From NCBI GenBank assembly GCA_938034445.1, contig CALHLD010000004.1, positions 64,067 through 128,066 on the forward strand: a DNA stretch of 64,000 nt, in the 5' to 3' direction. This DNA is from an uncultured archaeon. Its GTDB lineage: Archaea; Thermoproteota; Nitrososphaeria; JACIWG01. The notes below the pieces were generated by a model. It did not search any database, had not been told where the DNA came from, and saw only the letters and a list, made by a program, of their open reading frames with translations. The number at the start of each line of letters is the position of its first letter. Within the stretch, counting starts at the first letter, position 1. A program made the translations under genes and the position numbers. Below, piece after piece: positions 19,426 to 29,548 of the stretch.

Positions 19426-19920
19426 TTGTCCGGTATGATTGAATTAAAGGTTGTGGATATCGATGTTCCAGATGGAGTTAACGTAATACTTGGGTCAACA
19501 CATTTTATAAAGTCTGTTGAAGACATTTACGAGGCTATAGCAAATAGTGTTCCAGGAGCCAAGTTTGCGGTTGCATTCTGTGAAGCTTCAGGTAAGAGGC
19601 TTGTCAGAAGCGAGGGTAATGATTTAGAACTGCAATCTCTAGCTGAAAAGAATGCTTTGAAATTATCCTGTGGCCACACATTTATTGTGTATTTAAAGAA
19701 TGCTTATCCAATAAATGTGCTCGAGAAAATAAAAAATGTTTATGAAGTGTGCTCTATTCATGCGGCTACTGCAAACCCGTTGCAGGTTATTGTTGCTGAA
19801 ACAGGTCAGGGTCGTGGTGTGCTCGGTGTTGTTGACGGCTTTTCTTCCCTCGGAATTGAGGGTGAGGATGATAAGCGGGAGCGTAAGGAATTTTTAAGGA
19901 AAATTGGGTACAAACTTTAG
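19426..19920 (+). CDS. Adenosine-specific kinase / AMP-binding family (DUF355)
   Basis: [40 protein letters not shown]. Confidence 0.88.
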   Translation: MSGMIELKVVDIDVPDGVNVILGSTHFIKSVEDIYEAIANSVPGAKFAVAFCEASGKRLVRSEGNDLELQSLAEKNALKLSCGHTFIVYLKNAYPINVLEKIKNVYEVCSIHAATANPLQVIVAETGQGRGVLGVVDGFSSLGIEGEDDKRERKEFLRKIGYKL

Positions 19921-20927
19921 CCTTGAACCTTTTTTAACCAGAAAATCAGTTTTCTTGCACCCTCTATATTTTTTTTCAATGTGTATGGATTTATTTCATG
20001 TAAGATTGAGCTTTTTAAGCTATGGGTTTCCCCTATAAACTGTCTTCTATTTTCTAATTCTTCAATTATTCTCGGCTTATATTGTGGAACATTTTCCACT
20101 GAACAGATTGTCTGGTAAAGTTCAGAGACTGTTTCAATAAACCATGCTGTTGCTATAATATGTGCATTTAATTGCAGATGTTCGTTTGTTGCATACTCAC
20201 ACTTTCTATTTATTTCTTCAACCTTAGAATTTGATAAAAGAAATAAAATTTTGTAATCTTCTGTGGGTGATAGCTTAGGAAACTTGTATATTTCAGAAAA
20301 TTTTTGTAGGACGTATAATGTTGATAATATTCTTTTATAGGAGGTTTGTGTAGCAAACTCTAACCCCAAAAAGTTAGATATTCCTATAAAGTATGCTGGT
20401 TCACGCAATAATGGGTTCTCTTTTATCTGTTGCATGAGGTGTGAGGGTGAAGTTTCTGTCTTGTTTAACATATTTAATGCTTTAACTGCCTCATATCCTA
20501 TGTTTATTAACCAATAGGCTGTTGATGCATACGCTTCATGCTCATATGCTTCTTCACAGTATGCCAAGTACTTTAATAATGTCATCATATTCTCATTATA
20601 GCATTCTCGAAAAATTTCTCCTGTCTTCTTTAACGCTTCTTCCCTAAACTGTGTGAGTAGTAGGTTGGGATCATTTAATATTTTCCCTGAAACAAGTTTC
20701 TGCCATATAATACATTTTTTTCTATCTTCAAGCAAATCATATGAGGTATAGTATATGTTAATTATGTCTTCTCCAATTTTCCTTGAACTATAACCTGTAA
20801 TATTGTTTGTGAAGACCATTAAATCGTATCCGCATACTGGCCAATGCCATTTAGAACTTCTACATCCGATTAAGAGTACTGGTTCCCCTCTAAACTTTTC
20901 TAAAACATATTTTTCTATTTCTTCCAC
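19917..20927 (-). CDS. Hypothetical protein, degenerate nucleotidyltransferase-like N-terminus plus helical domain
   Basis: LLIGCRS....CGYDLMVF resembles the G-S...DxD polymerase-beta motif. Confidence 0.5.
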   Translation of the reverse strand: MEEIEKYVLEKFRGEPVLLIGCRSSKWHWPVCGYDLMVFTNNITGYSSRKIGEDIINIYYTSYDLLEDRKKCIIWQKLVSGKILNDPNLLLTQFREEALKKTGEIFRECYNENMMTLLKYLAYCEEAYEHEAYASTAYWLINIGYEAVKALNMLNKTETSPSHLMQQIKENPLLREPAYFIGISNFLGLEFATQTSYKRILSTLYVLQKFSEIYKFPKLSPTEDYKILFLLSNSKVEEINRKCEYATNEHLQLNAHIIATAWFIETVSELYQTICSVENVPQYKPRIIEELENRRQFIGETHSLKSSILHEINPYTLKKNIEGARKLIFWLKKVQG

Positions 20928-20980
20928 AGTCGGACTATTGTTTGCTTGTACATAAATTTTTTATACAAGTACAAAAATTA

Positions 20981-20995
20981 AGAAAAGTTTATATA
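20981..20995 (+). promoter_or_regulatory. BRE + TATA box of tfb
   Basis: AGAAAAG followed by TTTATATA ~45 nt upstream of the start codon. Confidence 0.55.
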
Positions 20996-21038
20996 CCAAA
21001 TATTTTAACGTATTGGTGTACTGTTCTGGTGAAAAATT

Positions 21039-21992
21039 TTGGAAAAAGATAATTCTTCTGAAGTAGGCTACACCTACTTATCAGAAAAGTGTCCAAGGTG
21101 TGGGAGGACGAAGCTTATCCTAGATAGTGCAAGAGGTGAAATATTCTGCAGCCATTGCGGGTTTGTAATAAGAGAGAAGCTTGAGGAAGCCGGTCCAGAA
21201 TGGCGTGCCTTTTCTAAAGAAGAGAAAGAGGCTAGAAGTAGGGCTGGTGTTCCATCTTCGCTTGCAATGCATGACATGGGCCTATCTACAATAATTGGTC
21301 AAGTTGATAAAGATGCTTCCGGAAAAAGCATTTCGTCTGCAATGAAAACTACATTTGATAGGTTAAGAACTTGGGATGGTAGAAGCCAAGTTCATGAGCC
21401 TGTAGACAGAAACCTTAGACAAGCTTTCAGTGAACTGGATAGGTTAGCTGACAAGCTAAGTGTAGGTGATGCGATAATCGAGAGGGCTGCATACATTTAT
21501 AGACAGGCTCTGGAAAAGGGTCTGGTTAGAGGACGTTCTATTTCAGCATTGATTGCAGCATCCTTGTATGCGGCGTGCCGTGAAACAGAAACTCCAAGAA
21601 CTTTGAAGGATGTTAGTGCCGCAAGTAATATTAAAAAGAAGGATATTGCAAGATGCTACCGTCTACTTGTTAGGGAATTAGATAAGAAGATGCCTGTAGC
21701 AGATCCGCTTAAGGCTGTATCACGTATAGCGAGTGCCGCCGGTCTCTCTGAAAAGACTAAAAGAAGGGCTATAGATATAATAAATAGAACTAAACAGTCT
21801 CTATCTTCCGCGGGGAAGGATCCGATGGGCTTAGCTGCCGCCGCATTATATGTTGCCTGTGTTCTTGAAGGTGAAAACAAGACTCAGAAGGATGTTGCTG
21901 AAGCGGCTGGTGTTACTGAAGTCACGATAAGAAATAGGTACAAGGGACTACGTTCTATCCTAACACCTGAAGAACTGAGGGTTGTGGAATAG
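21039..21992 (+). CDS. tfb: Transcription initiation factor IIB
   Basis: CPRC/CSHC zinc ribbon, GPEWRAF, GRS, GVTEVTIRNRYK. Confidence 0.97.
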   Translation: MEKDNSSEVGYTYLSEKCPRCGRTKLILDSARGEIFCSHCGFVIREKLEEAGPEWRAFSKEEKEARSRAGVPSSLAMHDMGLSTIIGQVDKDASGKSISSAMKTTFDRLRTWDGRSQVHEPVDRNLRQAFSELDRLADKLSVGDAIIERAAYIYRQALEKGLVRGRSISALIAASLYAACRETETPRTLKDVSAASNIKKKDIARCYRLLVRELDKKMPVADPLKAVSRIASAAGLSEKTKRRAIDIINRTKQSLSSAGKDPMGLAAAALYVACVLEGENKTQKDVAEAAGVTEVTIRNRYKGLRSILTPEELRVVE

Positions 21993-22012
21993 GTAAAACC
22001 TATTTCCTTCTC

Positions 22013-22516
22013 TTATATTTTAGAATTTTTTAACATACTTCTATAATTGGGTAATATTTTTCTTATATAGGGTAAAGCTTCCTTTATCTCCTCATCGCTC
22101 ATGAACTGGAACTGGTATTCTCCGGAATAGGGTTCAGGTTCACCGATTCTTTGAACAAACTCTATGTGCATGAATGGGTCGTCAGCCTTTATTGTTATTG
22201 GTGTTCTTTCATTTGAAAGGTTTACAACTTCTAATGCTAATCTTCCAATAAATCCACTATGAACTTTTGCTGCATTTAGAAAAGATAGTCCTAGTCTTCC
22301 AAATCTACTTTTTGCAGTTAAGTGTGCTACAACATTTGTTGGCAGCATAACTATTTCCTTTGATATTAGATTTTTATGTTCTAAATAATTTAAGACAACA
22401 TCTTCTTTGACGGTCAAAATGTAGCCGTCGCCATCTAATAGTTTTTCGTCAAATGGATATATTATTCTATACTCTTTTTGAAGCTTTAACAGTTCACTTT
22501 TTCCTAATATTGCCAT
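22013..22516 (-). CDS. dCTP deaminase / dUTPase-fold protein (short form)
   Basis: KSRFGRLGL, SGFIGRLALEVVN, PYSGEYQFQ. Confidence 0.75.
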   Translation of the reverse strand: MAILGKSELLKLQKEYRIIYPFDEKLLDGDGYILTVKEDVVLNYLEHKNLISKEIVMLPTNVVAHLTAKSRFGRLGLSFLNAAKVHSGFIGRLALEVVNLSNERTPITIKADDPFMHIEFVQRIGEPEPYSGEYQFQFMSDEEIKEALPYIRKILPNYRSMLKNSKI

Positions 22517-22560
22517 ATTTTATCTCCATAAAGGAAAAAAAATTTAGAATATAAACCCTT

Positions 22561-23541
22561 TCATTCACCCTCTCTCTTTTTAAAAAATAGGTATTTTATG
22601 AAAATTTTTGTTATTAAAATTATTCCGAGGGCGATAATAATTGTATCAACTATATTAGAGAGCCCAATATAATATATGTTTTCTTCAAAAATGTATATTG
22701 TGTTGCTGTAGTAGTTGAAGGCCCAGTGAACTAATATTGCTACGCCAATGTTATAGTAAGTGTAGGCTACACCCAACATTATGCCTGCGAACGCTGCCTC
22801 AGTAGCCTTGCCTATATTCCAAACAGACGATGGCATTATATGCGCTAGACCGAAGATTATTCCTGAAATAAAAATTAGTGGTAAAAATATTGTTTGCATA
22901 ATCCTTCTCTTTTCTTCTGAATTTTCTATCTTTTTATCTAGAGTTGGTATTGGAGCTATTAAATATTCAGTTAACGATATTCTTTTCCTCCAAACTTTCA
23001 ACAAAAATAGTGAAAATAAACCTATTATAGAAAATCTGAATCCAATTTCTTCAGATAATGGTGCATGTGATATTATGCATAAAAGTTCTGCTGGATTCAT
23101 TGGAGGAAGGTTTCCAGTTTCTATTCCAACACTATATTGAAGCCAATCTATTACAATTACAACAATGACTGTGATCGAGAATATTGAGATTGATGCGGTT
23201 AAATTGTTGGATAGAGGTTCCATGCTAGAAAACTTGTTTTTAAAAATATTTTGTAAAGGTTTTTTTCCAGAAACTGCAAGTAGTGTAAAAATTGAAAGGT
23301 ATGTGATCCATTCTAAAATAAATAATGTTCTCATTTGTGCTTTAAAGGGAAATACTAGGCCTATAAAAAATATGTAAAATTCTGAAACTTTATTCGATAT
23401 TTCTTCTCCTAAACTACTATTGAATACAATATAAGGTCCAAGCACAAATGATGCTATCATAGTAATTATGGTAAGTAGTATAAATGTGTTTGCAATCATA
23501 TCTAGTATATTCAGTATCTTGTTACCCTTGTCATTCTTCAT
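22561..23541 (-). CDS. CPBP (CAAX/Abi) family intramembrane protease
   Basis: EEIGFR, FGLAH, HWAFN. Confidence 0.85.
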   Translation of the reverse strand: MKNDKGNKILNILDMIANTFILLTIITMIASFVLGPYIVFNSSLGEEISNKVSEFYIFFIGLVFPFKAQMRTLFILEWITYLSIFTLLAVSGKKPLQNIFKNKFSSMEPLSNNLTASISIFSITVIVVIVIDWLQYSVGIETGNLPPMNPAELLCIISHAPLSEEIGFRFSIIGLFSLFLLKVWRKRISLTEYLIAPIPTLDKKIENSEEKRRIMQTIFLPLIFISGIIFGLAHIMPSSVWNIGKATEAAFAGIMLGVAYTYYNIGVAILVHWAFNYYSNTIYIFEENIYYIGLSNIVDTIIIALGIILITKIFIKYLFFKKREGE

Positions 23542-23585
23542 TAACGTTAGTTAATTTCAGGTGTATAAAAAATTTTAGAATATTT

Positions 23586-23771
23586 TTACTGTTCTTTTTC
23601 TAATCCAATTGGCCCCCTATACCCGCATACTGGGCACTCGTATTCTTCTGGAACAAGCCAGCCATATATTCCTTTCACAAGATTTAGTTCGCTTAAGCAT
23701 ACTGGACAATATTTTATCTTCTTCTTGAGAGGCTTACGGGTTACTTTTGCTCCAGAACTCATAATTATCAC
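23586..23771 (-). CDS. Small zinc-ribbon protein
   Basis: CPVC...CPVCGYRG, downstream of aIF1. Confidence 0.7.
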   Translation of the reverse strand: MIIMSSGAKVTRKPLKKKIKYCPVCLSELNLVKGIYGWLVPEEYECPVCGYRGPIGLEKEQ

Positions 23772-23773
23772 TC

Positions 23774-24082
23774 TTATTGTATTTCAATCGAACTTTCTTT
23801 AAACCCTAGACTGATGAGCTTATCCTTTATAGAATCCCTATGATCTCCTTGTAATATGATGGCTCCATTTTTTGCAGTTCCACCACATGCTAAAGCTGTC
23901 TTAAGCTGCTGTGCTATCTTCTGTAGGTCATTATATTTTGGGTCTATTCCCTCTATAACTGTAGTCTGTTTGCCAAATCTTCTAACTTCTAATCTAACAG
24001 TTATCTTAGAACTTTCTTTACTTATCTGTTCGCAGACGCATAGGTCCTTTGGTAATCCACATACAGGGCAGATTTCCGCCAA
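23774..24082 (-). CDS. sui1: Translation initiation factor aIF1 (SUI1)
   Basis: [27 protein letters not shown]; TTG start. Confidence 0.95.
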   Translation of the reverse strand: MAEICPVCGLPKDLCVCEQISKESSKITVRLEVRRFGKQTTVIEGIDPKYNDLQKIAQQLKTALACGGTAKNGAIILQGDHRDSIKDKLISLGFKESSIEIQ

Positions 24083-24263
24083 AATTTTCCTCTACCATAA
24101 TATTTGTACAGTTGATATTTAAATTTTTGAATTTTTAAAGTTATTTGTATTTAAAAATTTTTGTTCCAATTTGTTTAGCATAGTTTTCTATGGCAAAAAA
24201 TTTTTGTATTATGACTTAACTTTTATAAACAAATTATATATTAAGGTCTTTATTTAATACAAT

Positions 24264-24884
24264 GTGTTAAGTGTAATGCAGTTTCCAGAAGTGTTGGGGT
24301 TGCTTAAAATGGGTTTAGAAGTTTTAGCCTTAGTTATAACTTTCATTGCATTTCTAATATCTTATAAGGGCTATTCTGTGACAAGGAGGCCTGTTTTCGC
24401 AAGGTTATCTTTTGCATTCATTTTTCTTTCAACTAATTTTTTGCTACAATTTTTTTCAGACATTTTTAGTCTGCTAGAATATTTTGCTTTATCATATTAT
24501 TCTATTGTTATTTCATCATTTTTTGAAATGTTAGGGTTTTTCTTTATCGCCTTTTCTCATATGATAAGAGTTTATCATGAGCATAGGTTTTCTTTACTTA
24601 CGCTTGTGACAATAAATCCTGTTATCGCATTTAAAACATTATCATTATATTTTATATTCTACGCTGTACTTGAGTCTATGATTTCATACTTTAAAATGAG
24701 GTCTAAGACTATAATACTTACTGTTTTAGGTTTAACAGGTTTCTCGTTAAACATACTTTTGTCATGGATTTCAGAATTTTCAGTTTATCCGATTATTTTA
24801 CAGGTTTTTGCGCTAGTTTTCCAAGCGTTTGGTATAATAGCATTTTTTGTTCCGATATGGATATATTACAGGAGTTTTAGGTGA
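24264..24884 (+). CDS. Hypothetical multi-TM membrane protein
   Basis: About 6-7 hydrophobic helices; 3 nt upstream of a wHTH gene. Confidence 0.65.
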   Translation: MLSVMQFPEVLGLLKMGLEVLALVITFIAFLISYKGYSVTRRPVFARLSFAFIFLSTNFLLQFFSDIFSLLEYFALSYYSIVISSFFEMLGFFFIAFSHMIRVYHEHRFSLLTLVTINPVIAFKTLSLYFIFYAVLESMISYFKMRSKTIILTVLGLTGFSLNILLSWISEFSVYPIILQVFALVFQAFGIIAFFVPIWIYYRSFR

Positions 24885-24887
24885 TAT

Positions 24888-25169
24888 ATGATGAGCTACC
24901 GCCATCAAGTTAGAATTGTTTCCGATATTCTCCTCGCAGTAAAGGAGGGGCATGAAGATGGCGTTGGTGTAGCTCAACTTATGAGGAAAGCGAATATCTC
25001 GTACACTAGGCTTATTAAAATTTTGAATGAATTAATATCTGTTGGCCTGGTTGAGGAAATAAGGGACGAGCGTTCTAGAAGGTATAGGATAACGTACCTG
25101 GGTCTCGAATATCTTGCTGAATATGAACGTTTTTCAACTTTTGCAAGAAACTTTGGTCTAGAAATTTAG
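24888..25169 (+). CDS. Archaeal winged-HTH transcription regulator (HTH_45-like)
   Basis: IVSDIL, LMRKANISY, YRITYLG. Confidence 0.82.
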   Translation: MMSYRHQVRIVSDILLAVKEGHEDGVGVAQLMRKANISYTRLIKILNELISVGLVEEIRDERSRRYRITYLGLEYLAEYERFSTFARNFGLEI

Positions 25170-25172
25170 ATG

Positions 25173-26027
25173 CTACATTATTGTCACTAGAACAACACAT
25201 TTAGCCTTTTTAACAATCTCATACTCCTTTTGTCTCAAAAGATTCCCTCTCTTTGGTCTTTTTGTGGAAATTAAAAGTATGTCCACATTATTTTCTTTCA
25301 AATAATTTATTATATCATTGGATTCCCTTATTGTAATTATTGTTGGCGTTATCGGTCTACCAAGTAATTTTATATACTTGCCTACATTTTTATAAAACTC
25401 TCTTCTCCATACCATAAACTCATCTGATGATTCAATTTCGTCTAGTGGTACTGTAGGCGGTAATTCTATGACACCAACTGCTCTTATTTCAGCACTCTTT
25501 GTTGAAGCTGAGCTTGTCAAAAGTGTTGCGAGTGCCATTAACTCTTTAGGGAATTCTTTTTCGAAGGATATTGTAAAAATTTTCTTTAATTTCAGAGGTA
25601 ACCTTATTCCTTCCTGTGGAACTTCTACAATTATAACCTTGCGTCTAGTCTCTCTAACTACTTTATCAGATATTCTTCCAAAAAATTCAGTATAAAATTT
25701 TTCTCTATGAGCTGGCATTATTATGTATGAAAAGTTTTCTATTTCAGCCATCTTTACTATTTCTTCTGAAACAGCCTTATGCGAAAATTTTATAAGAGTC
25801 TTCTCAACAATTTCATATTTTATTTTAAATTCTTCTGCTATCTTCTTAATATCATTTATAAAATCTGTTTTATCCTCTTCGTCTGGAGGTTTAACATGTA
25901 AAATTGTCACCTTGCTTCCACTGCATTCTGAAATATAAAAGGCAATGTATACTGCGTTGATTTCGTAAGAAGTATATGATAGGGGTAATAATATCTTATC
26001 TACTTGGAAACTTAATTCCTCACCCAC
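25173..26027 (-). CDS. Universal stress protein (tandem USP domains)
   Basis: KILLP, ILHV, FGRISDKVVR, KAKCVVLV; GTG start overlaps the permease stop. Confidence 0.8.
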   Translation of the reverse strand: MGEELSFQVDKILLPLSYTSYEINAVYIAFYISECSGSKVTILHVKPPDEEDKTDFINDIKKIAEEFKIKYEIVEKTLIKFSHKAVSEEIVKMAEIENFSYIIMPAHREKFYTEFFGRISDKVVRETRRKVIIVEVPQEGIRLPLKLKKIFTISFEKEFPKELMALATLLTSSASTKSAEIRAVGVIELPPTVPLDEIESSDEFMVWRREFYKNVGKYIKLLGRPITPTIITIRESNDIINYLKENNVDILLISTKRPKRGNLLRQKEYEIVKKAKCVVLVTIM

Positions 26028-27448
26028 TATTTTTTCACCTTCTTTACATGGGTTATAGTCAAATATATTATCGCGCCAATAGTAAACCATGCGAAACCTA
26101 AAAGTCTTCCATGCTCGTGTGTGAGCACGATCATGATCCAAATGATTAGACATGATATAAATCCTATTACAGGGATTATTGGAATTTCCAACTTTTTCCC
26201 CCTCCAGTTAAAAGAAAATGCTCCAGGAGTCTTCCATCCGCTCACATTCTCCTTCCTTAGTACGATTAAAGCTAGGTTGACATACATGTAGGATATAAGT
26301 GCTCCAAAGTTATAGAGTGATGCTACAAGTTCTAGAAGGTTTACACTAGGAAGAAATATGTTAAATAAAATGATAAGGATTGCTATTATAGAGAAAACTA
26401 CTATTGTAACATATGGAGTTCGATAGGTTTTATGAAGTTTTCTAAAAATTTTCGGTGAAAGGTTGAGCCTACTCATGGAAAAGGTTACACGAGATACTCC
26501 AATGACTCCAGTGTTTGTTGAAACATAGCAGATCATGAATCCCATGAAACCAACCCATAACGCTAAACCTTCACCTATAAATGGTATTGTAGAAGCTAGG
26601 GCTACCATCGGATCCTGTACACGTGTTTCTACACTGCTAGGGTCAAGTAATGTTACATAAAGTAGTGAAGCTAAAAATGCGATTATAACAACTGAAATTA
26701 TCGTCGCCTTGGTTGCTGTTGGAATTATTTTACGTGGATTCTTTGTCTCCTCTGCAGCCTGTGAAATTGATTCTATACCAATATATGATGCCATACTTAA
26801 TGTTATGGCATAAGTGAAATTTTCCAAAGTTGGCATTTTTCCAAAATTTTTTAAACTATCTGTCCAAGAAAAAATTTTTCCTTAAGTGATTGCCAGATTA
26901 AGTCCGAGAATCACAATTGCAGCTATCGTTAGGAGGTCGATGAAAACAAAAATTTCATTAAACCTAGAAGAATACTTTATTCCAATAATATTTAATCCTA
27001 TCAATATTATTATTAAAAAGATTGCACATAATCCATAAAAGGGGTTAACCATTAAAACGCTTTTTCCAGCAAAAATTTTAACCAAAAAACCTAGGTATCC
27101 AACTGATGCAAGAGAAAAAAGCGCGATGTCCACAGTATAATCGAGCATAAGACCCCATCCTGCAATAAATCCATTTAACCTTCCAAACGCTCTATAGGCA
27201 TAATATTGTGCTCCACCCGCAACAGGATACTTTGAAGCCAACTCTGCATAACTTAACCCTGTTGTAATATACGCTATTGAAGCTATTAGGAGTGCAATTG
27301 GTGCCGCTGTATAAGCATATAATGCAATTAATCCAAGTGAAATGTAAATGTCCGCACCGATGTCAGCATATCCCATGCTAAAGGAACCAAATTTTCCAAC
27401 CTCACGTTTAAGTTCAGTTTCGTTTACCATAGGTTGTCCCCGTAACAT
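26027..27448 (-). pseudogene. APC family amino-acid permease interrupted by one in-frame TAA at 26882-26884
   Basis: YAELASKYPVAGG and YIGIESIS halves are in the same frame, joined by TAA plus 15 sense codons. Confidence 0.8.
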
Positions 27449-27518
27449 TCTTTAATTTATATGAGCACTGCCATCATAAAGTAAATTTAAAAAATTTTAA
27501 ATGGGTTTATATAATTCC

Positions 27519-27815
27519 TTATTCTTCTTGGTTCAATATCTCATTAATCTGTGTTGCAAGATAATGGTTTTTTAGAACCAATTTTATAGAATTTACTCCC
27601 TCGATTTCGGTAACAGCCTTTTTTATATCTTCTCCAATCTTTATGGCGAACATTGGGGGACAGAAGGGCATTGAAAGATGAAATTCTATCGTCACATTTC
27701 CGTCTTTAACATCTATCTTGTCAACAAGTTTCATTTCAGTTATTGGTACACCAATTTCTGGATCATACACATTTTCTAATGCTTTCTCAATTTTTTCTTT
27801 TATCATGTTCTCCAT
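27519..27815 (-). CDS. DUF59 / MIP18 / SufT Fe-S assembly protein
   Basis: VYDPEIG, LSMPFCP. Confidence 0.88.
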   Translation of the reverse strand: MENMIKEKIEKALENVYDPEIGVPITEMKLVDKIDVKDGNVTIEFHLSMPFCPPMFAIKIGEDIKKAVTEIEGVNSIKLVLKNHYLATQINEILNQEE

Positions 27816-27877
27816 TCCAATATCTTTACTTGCAATAATATAAAACAATTTATTATAGCAGAAGAAAAATAGTTATC

Positions 27878-28378
27878 TTATAAATTTGTTTCTAATGCTT
27901 TCTCCATCACAAAGGCATCTTCTCCATCACTATAATATCCTGTAATCCTGTCAACAATCTCGTAACCCATTTTCTTGTATAATTTTATTGCCGGCTCATT
28001 TGAAACTCTAACCTCCAAAAACGATACTTCACATCCTTTTTTTGTAAACTCTTCTAATGCCGTTTTTAGCAGCATTGTTCCTACACCTTTTCTTCTATGC
28101 TCTTTTAAAACGGCTATCGAAATAACATGCCCCTTTTTAACGAATTTCGGTAATCCTCTTAATGTTAAACCATACTCTATTCTACCCATGTGGTATCCGA
28201 TTATTCTTCCTCCATGTTCTGCGACAAGGAACGTGTCTGGATTCGATAATAGTATAGAAGTATAAAATGATGTGGTATAATGTTCGGGTAATGCTGCACT
28301 ATTTACGTGTATTACTCCACTTATGTCCTCCTCTTTAGCCTTTCTAATCAAGTAGCCTTGTGGTATCACGAGTACCAT
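27878..28378 (-). CDS. N-terminal acetyltransferase (Ard1/RimI family GNAT)
   Basis: LPEHY, GHVISIAV, RRKGVG, LEVRVSN, YYSDGEDA. Confidence 0.92.
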   Translation of the reverse strand: MVLVIPQGYLIRKAKEEDISGVIHVNSAALPEHYTTSFYTSILLSNPDTFLVAEHGGRIIGYHMGRIEYGLTLRGLPKFVKKGHVISIAVLKEHRRKGVGTMLLKTALEEFTKKGCEVSFLEVRVSNEPAIKLYKKMGYEIVDRITGYYSDGEDAFVMEKALETNL

Positions 28379-28424
28379 GTCTTAGCCATAAATTAATTTG
28401 TAGATAAGTTTTAAATTTTGTCAA

Positions 28425-29537
28425 ATGATATGTGTTAAGATGGAAAAAGTGGAGTCCACAAACATAATAGGATATGAGGAGATTGTGAAAGAGGTTAGTC
28501 AGTATTTCTCTGTTATGGAATCATATATTCGTGCTGATGGTTCAATAGAATTTAAAATATTTCCTACAGAAGATGTTAAGGAAAGGTTTCTTGAACTTTG
28601 GTCTTCCCTTAAAAGAAAAAATTATGTTCCTATTCTTAGAAAAGATGAGCCATATCTAACATTGTATGTAACACACTTAATTGGAAGAAGAGGCTACAGT
28701 AAAAAGATTGCATTTATCTTGTTTGCTGCAACCATGTTATCTATGTTGATAGATGGTTGGGTCAGGTCCATTTCGCCGATAGAACAGGAGATTTTTAAAT
28801 GGAATCCAATAGTAATAACATTATTGTATGCTATAGCATTTATAGGAATATTAGGTTTACATGAATTGGGGCATCTTCTCCTTTCGAGAAAACATAAGAT
28901 GGCTTCAACCTTACCATACTTTATTCCCGGAATACCTGGAACTGGCGTACCCACGTTTGGTGCAATAATATTTGCAACCGAGCCTATGGCAAACAGAGAT
29001 CAACAGTTTGATATCGGTCTTGCAGGCCCTGTTTTCGGATTTGTTGCAGCATGTATTGTTAGTGTTTTTGGTGTATTATCTTCGGTTCCTATGTCGTTGA
29101 ACGAATTTAATATTCGTTTTGGTTCTCAGCCAGTAGTTTTTGTAGAAGTTCCATTAATAATGAATTTAATGATGTTAGCATTCGGCATCATTTCTCCTTC
29201 ACAGTCTATGGTTGTTATACTCTCGCCTATTGCGTATGCTGCATGGTTTGGTTTTCTAATAACTTTCTTGAACACTCTTCCAGCATGGCAATTGGATGGT
29301 GGCCATATGGCTAGAAGTGTTTTGCCAGAAAAGTGGCATAGGGCTGCCACAATAGTATCTGCCCTTATTATGGCCTTACTGGGTTTTATCCTGATGGCCT
29401 TACTGGTACTATTCTTTTCTTATGGTCAAAGGGAAATTAAGCCTCTGGATGATGTTTCTCCGATTTCAAAATCAAGGAAAATGGTTTACATTCTAATATT
29501 AGCCATACTAATACTCTGCGCCCCCATCCCATTATAG
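28425..29537 (+). CDS. Site-2 protease (M50) family
   Basis: HELGH, AGP, NTLPAWQLDGGH. Confidence 0.92.
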   Translation: MICVKMEKVESTNIIGYEEIVKEVSQYFSVMESYIRADGSIEFKIFPTEDVKERFLELWSSLKRKNYVPILRKDEPYLTLYVTHLIGRRGYSKKIAFILFAATMLSMLIDGWVRSISPIEQEIFKWNPIVITLLYAIAFIGILGLHELGHLLLSRKHKMASTLPYFIPGIPGTGVPTFGAIIFATEPMANRDQQFDIGLAGPVFGFVAACIVSVFGVLSSVPMSLNEFNIRFGSQPVVFVEVPLIMNLMMLAFGIISPSQSMVVILSPIAYAAWFGFLITFLNTLPAWQLDGGHMARSVLPEKWHRAATIVSALIMALLGFILMALLVLFFSYGQREIKPLDDVSPISKSRKMVYILILAILILCAPIPL

Positions 29538-29548
29538 TAAAAACTTTC

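Noticed and set aside
26028-26153. N-terminal ORF-track extensions (USP here; also 6322-6450, 16681-16758, 34190-34342)
   Set aside because: They overlap neighbouring genes or promoters; downstream starts fit the protein families better.
26882-26884. Selenocysteine or pyrrolysine recoding in the APC permease
   Set aside because: The stop is TAA, not TGA or TAG.
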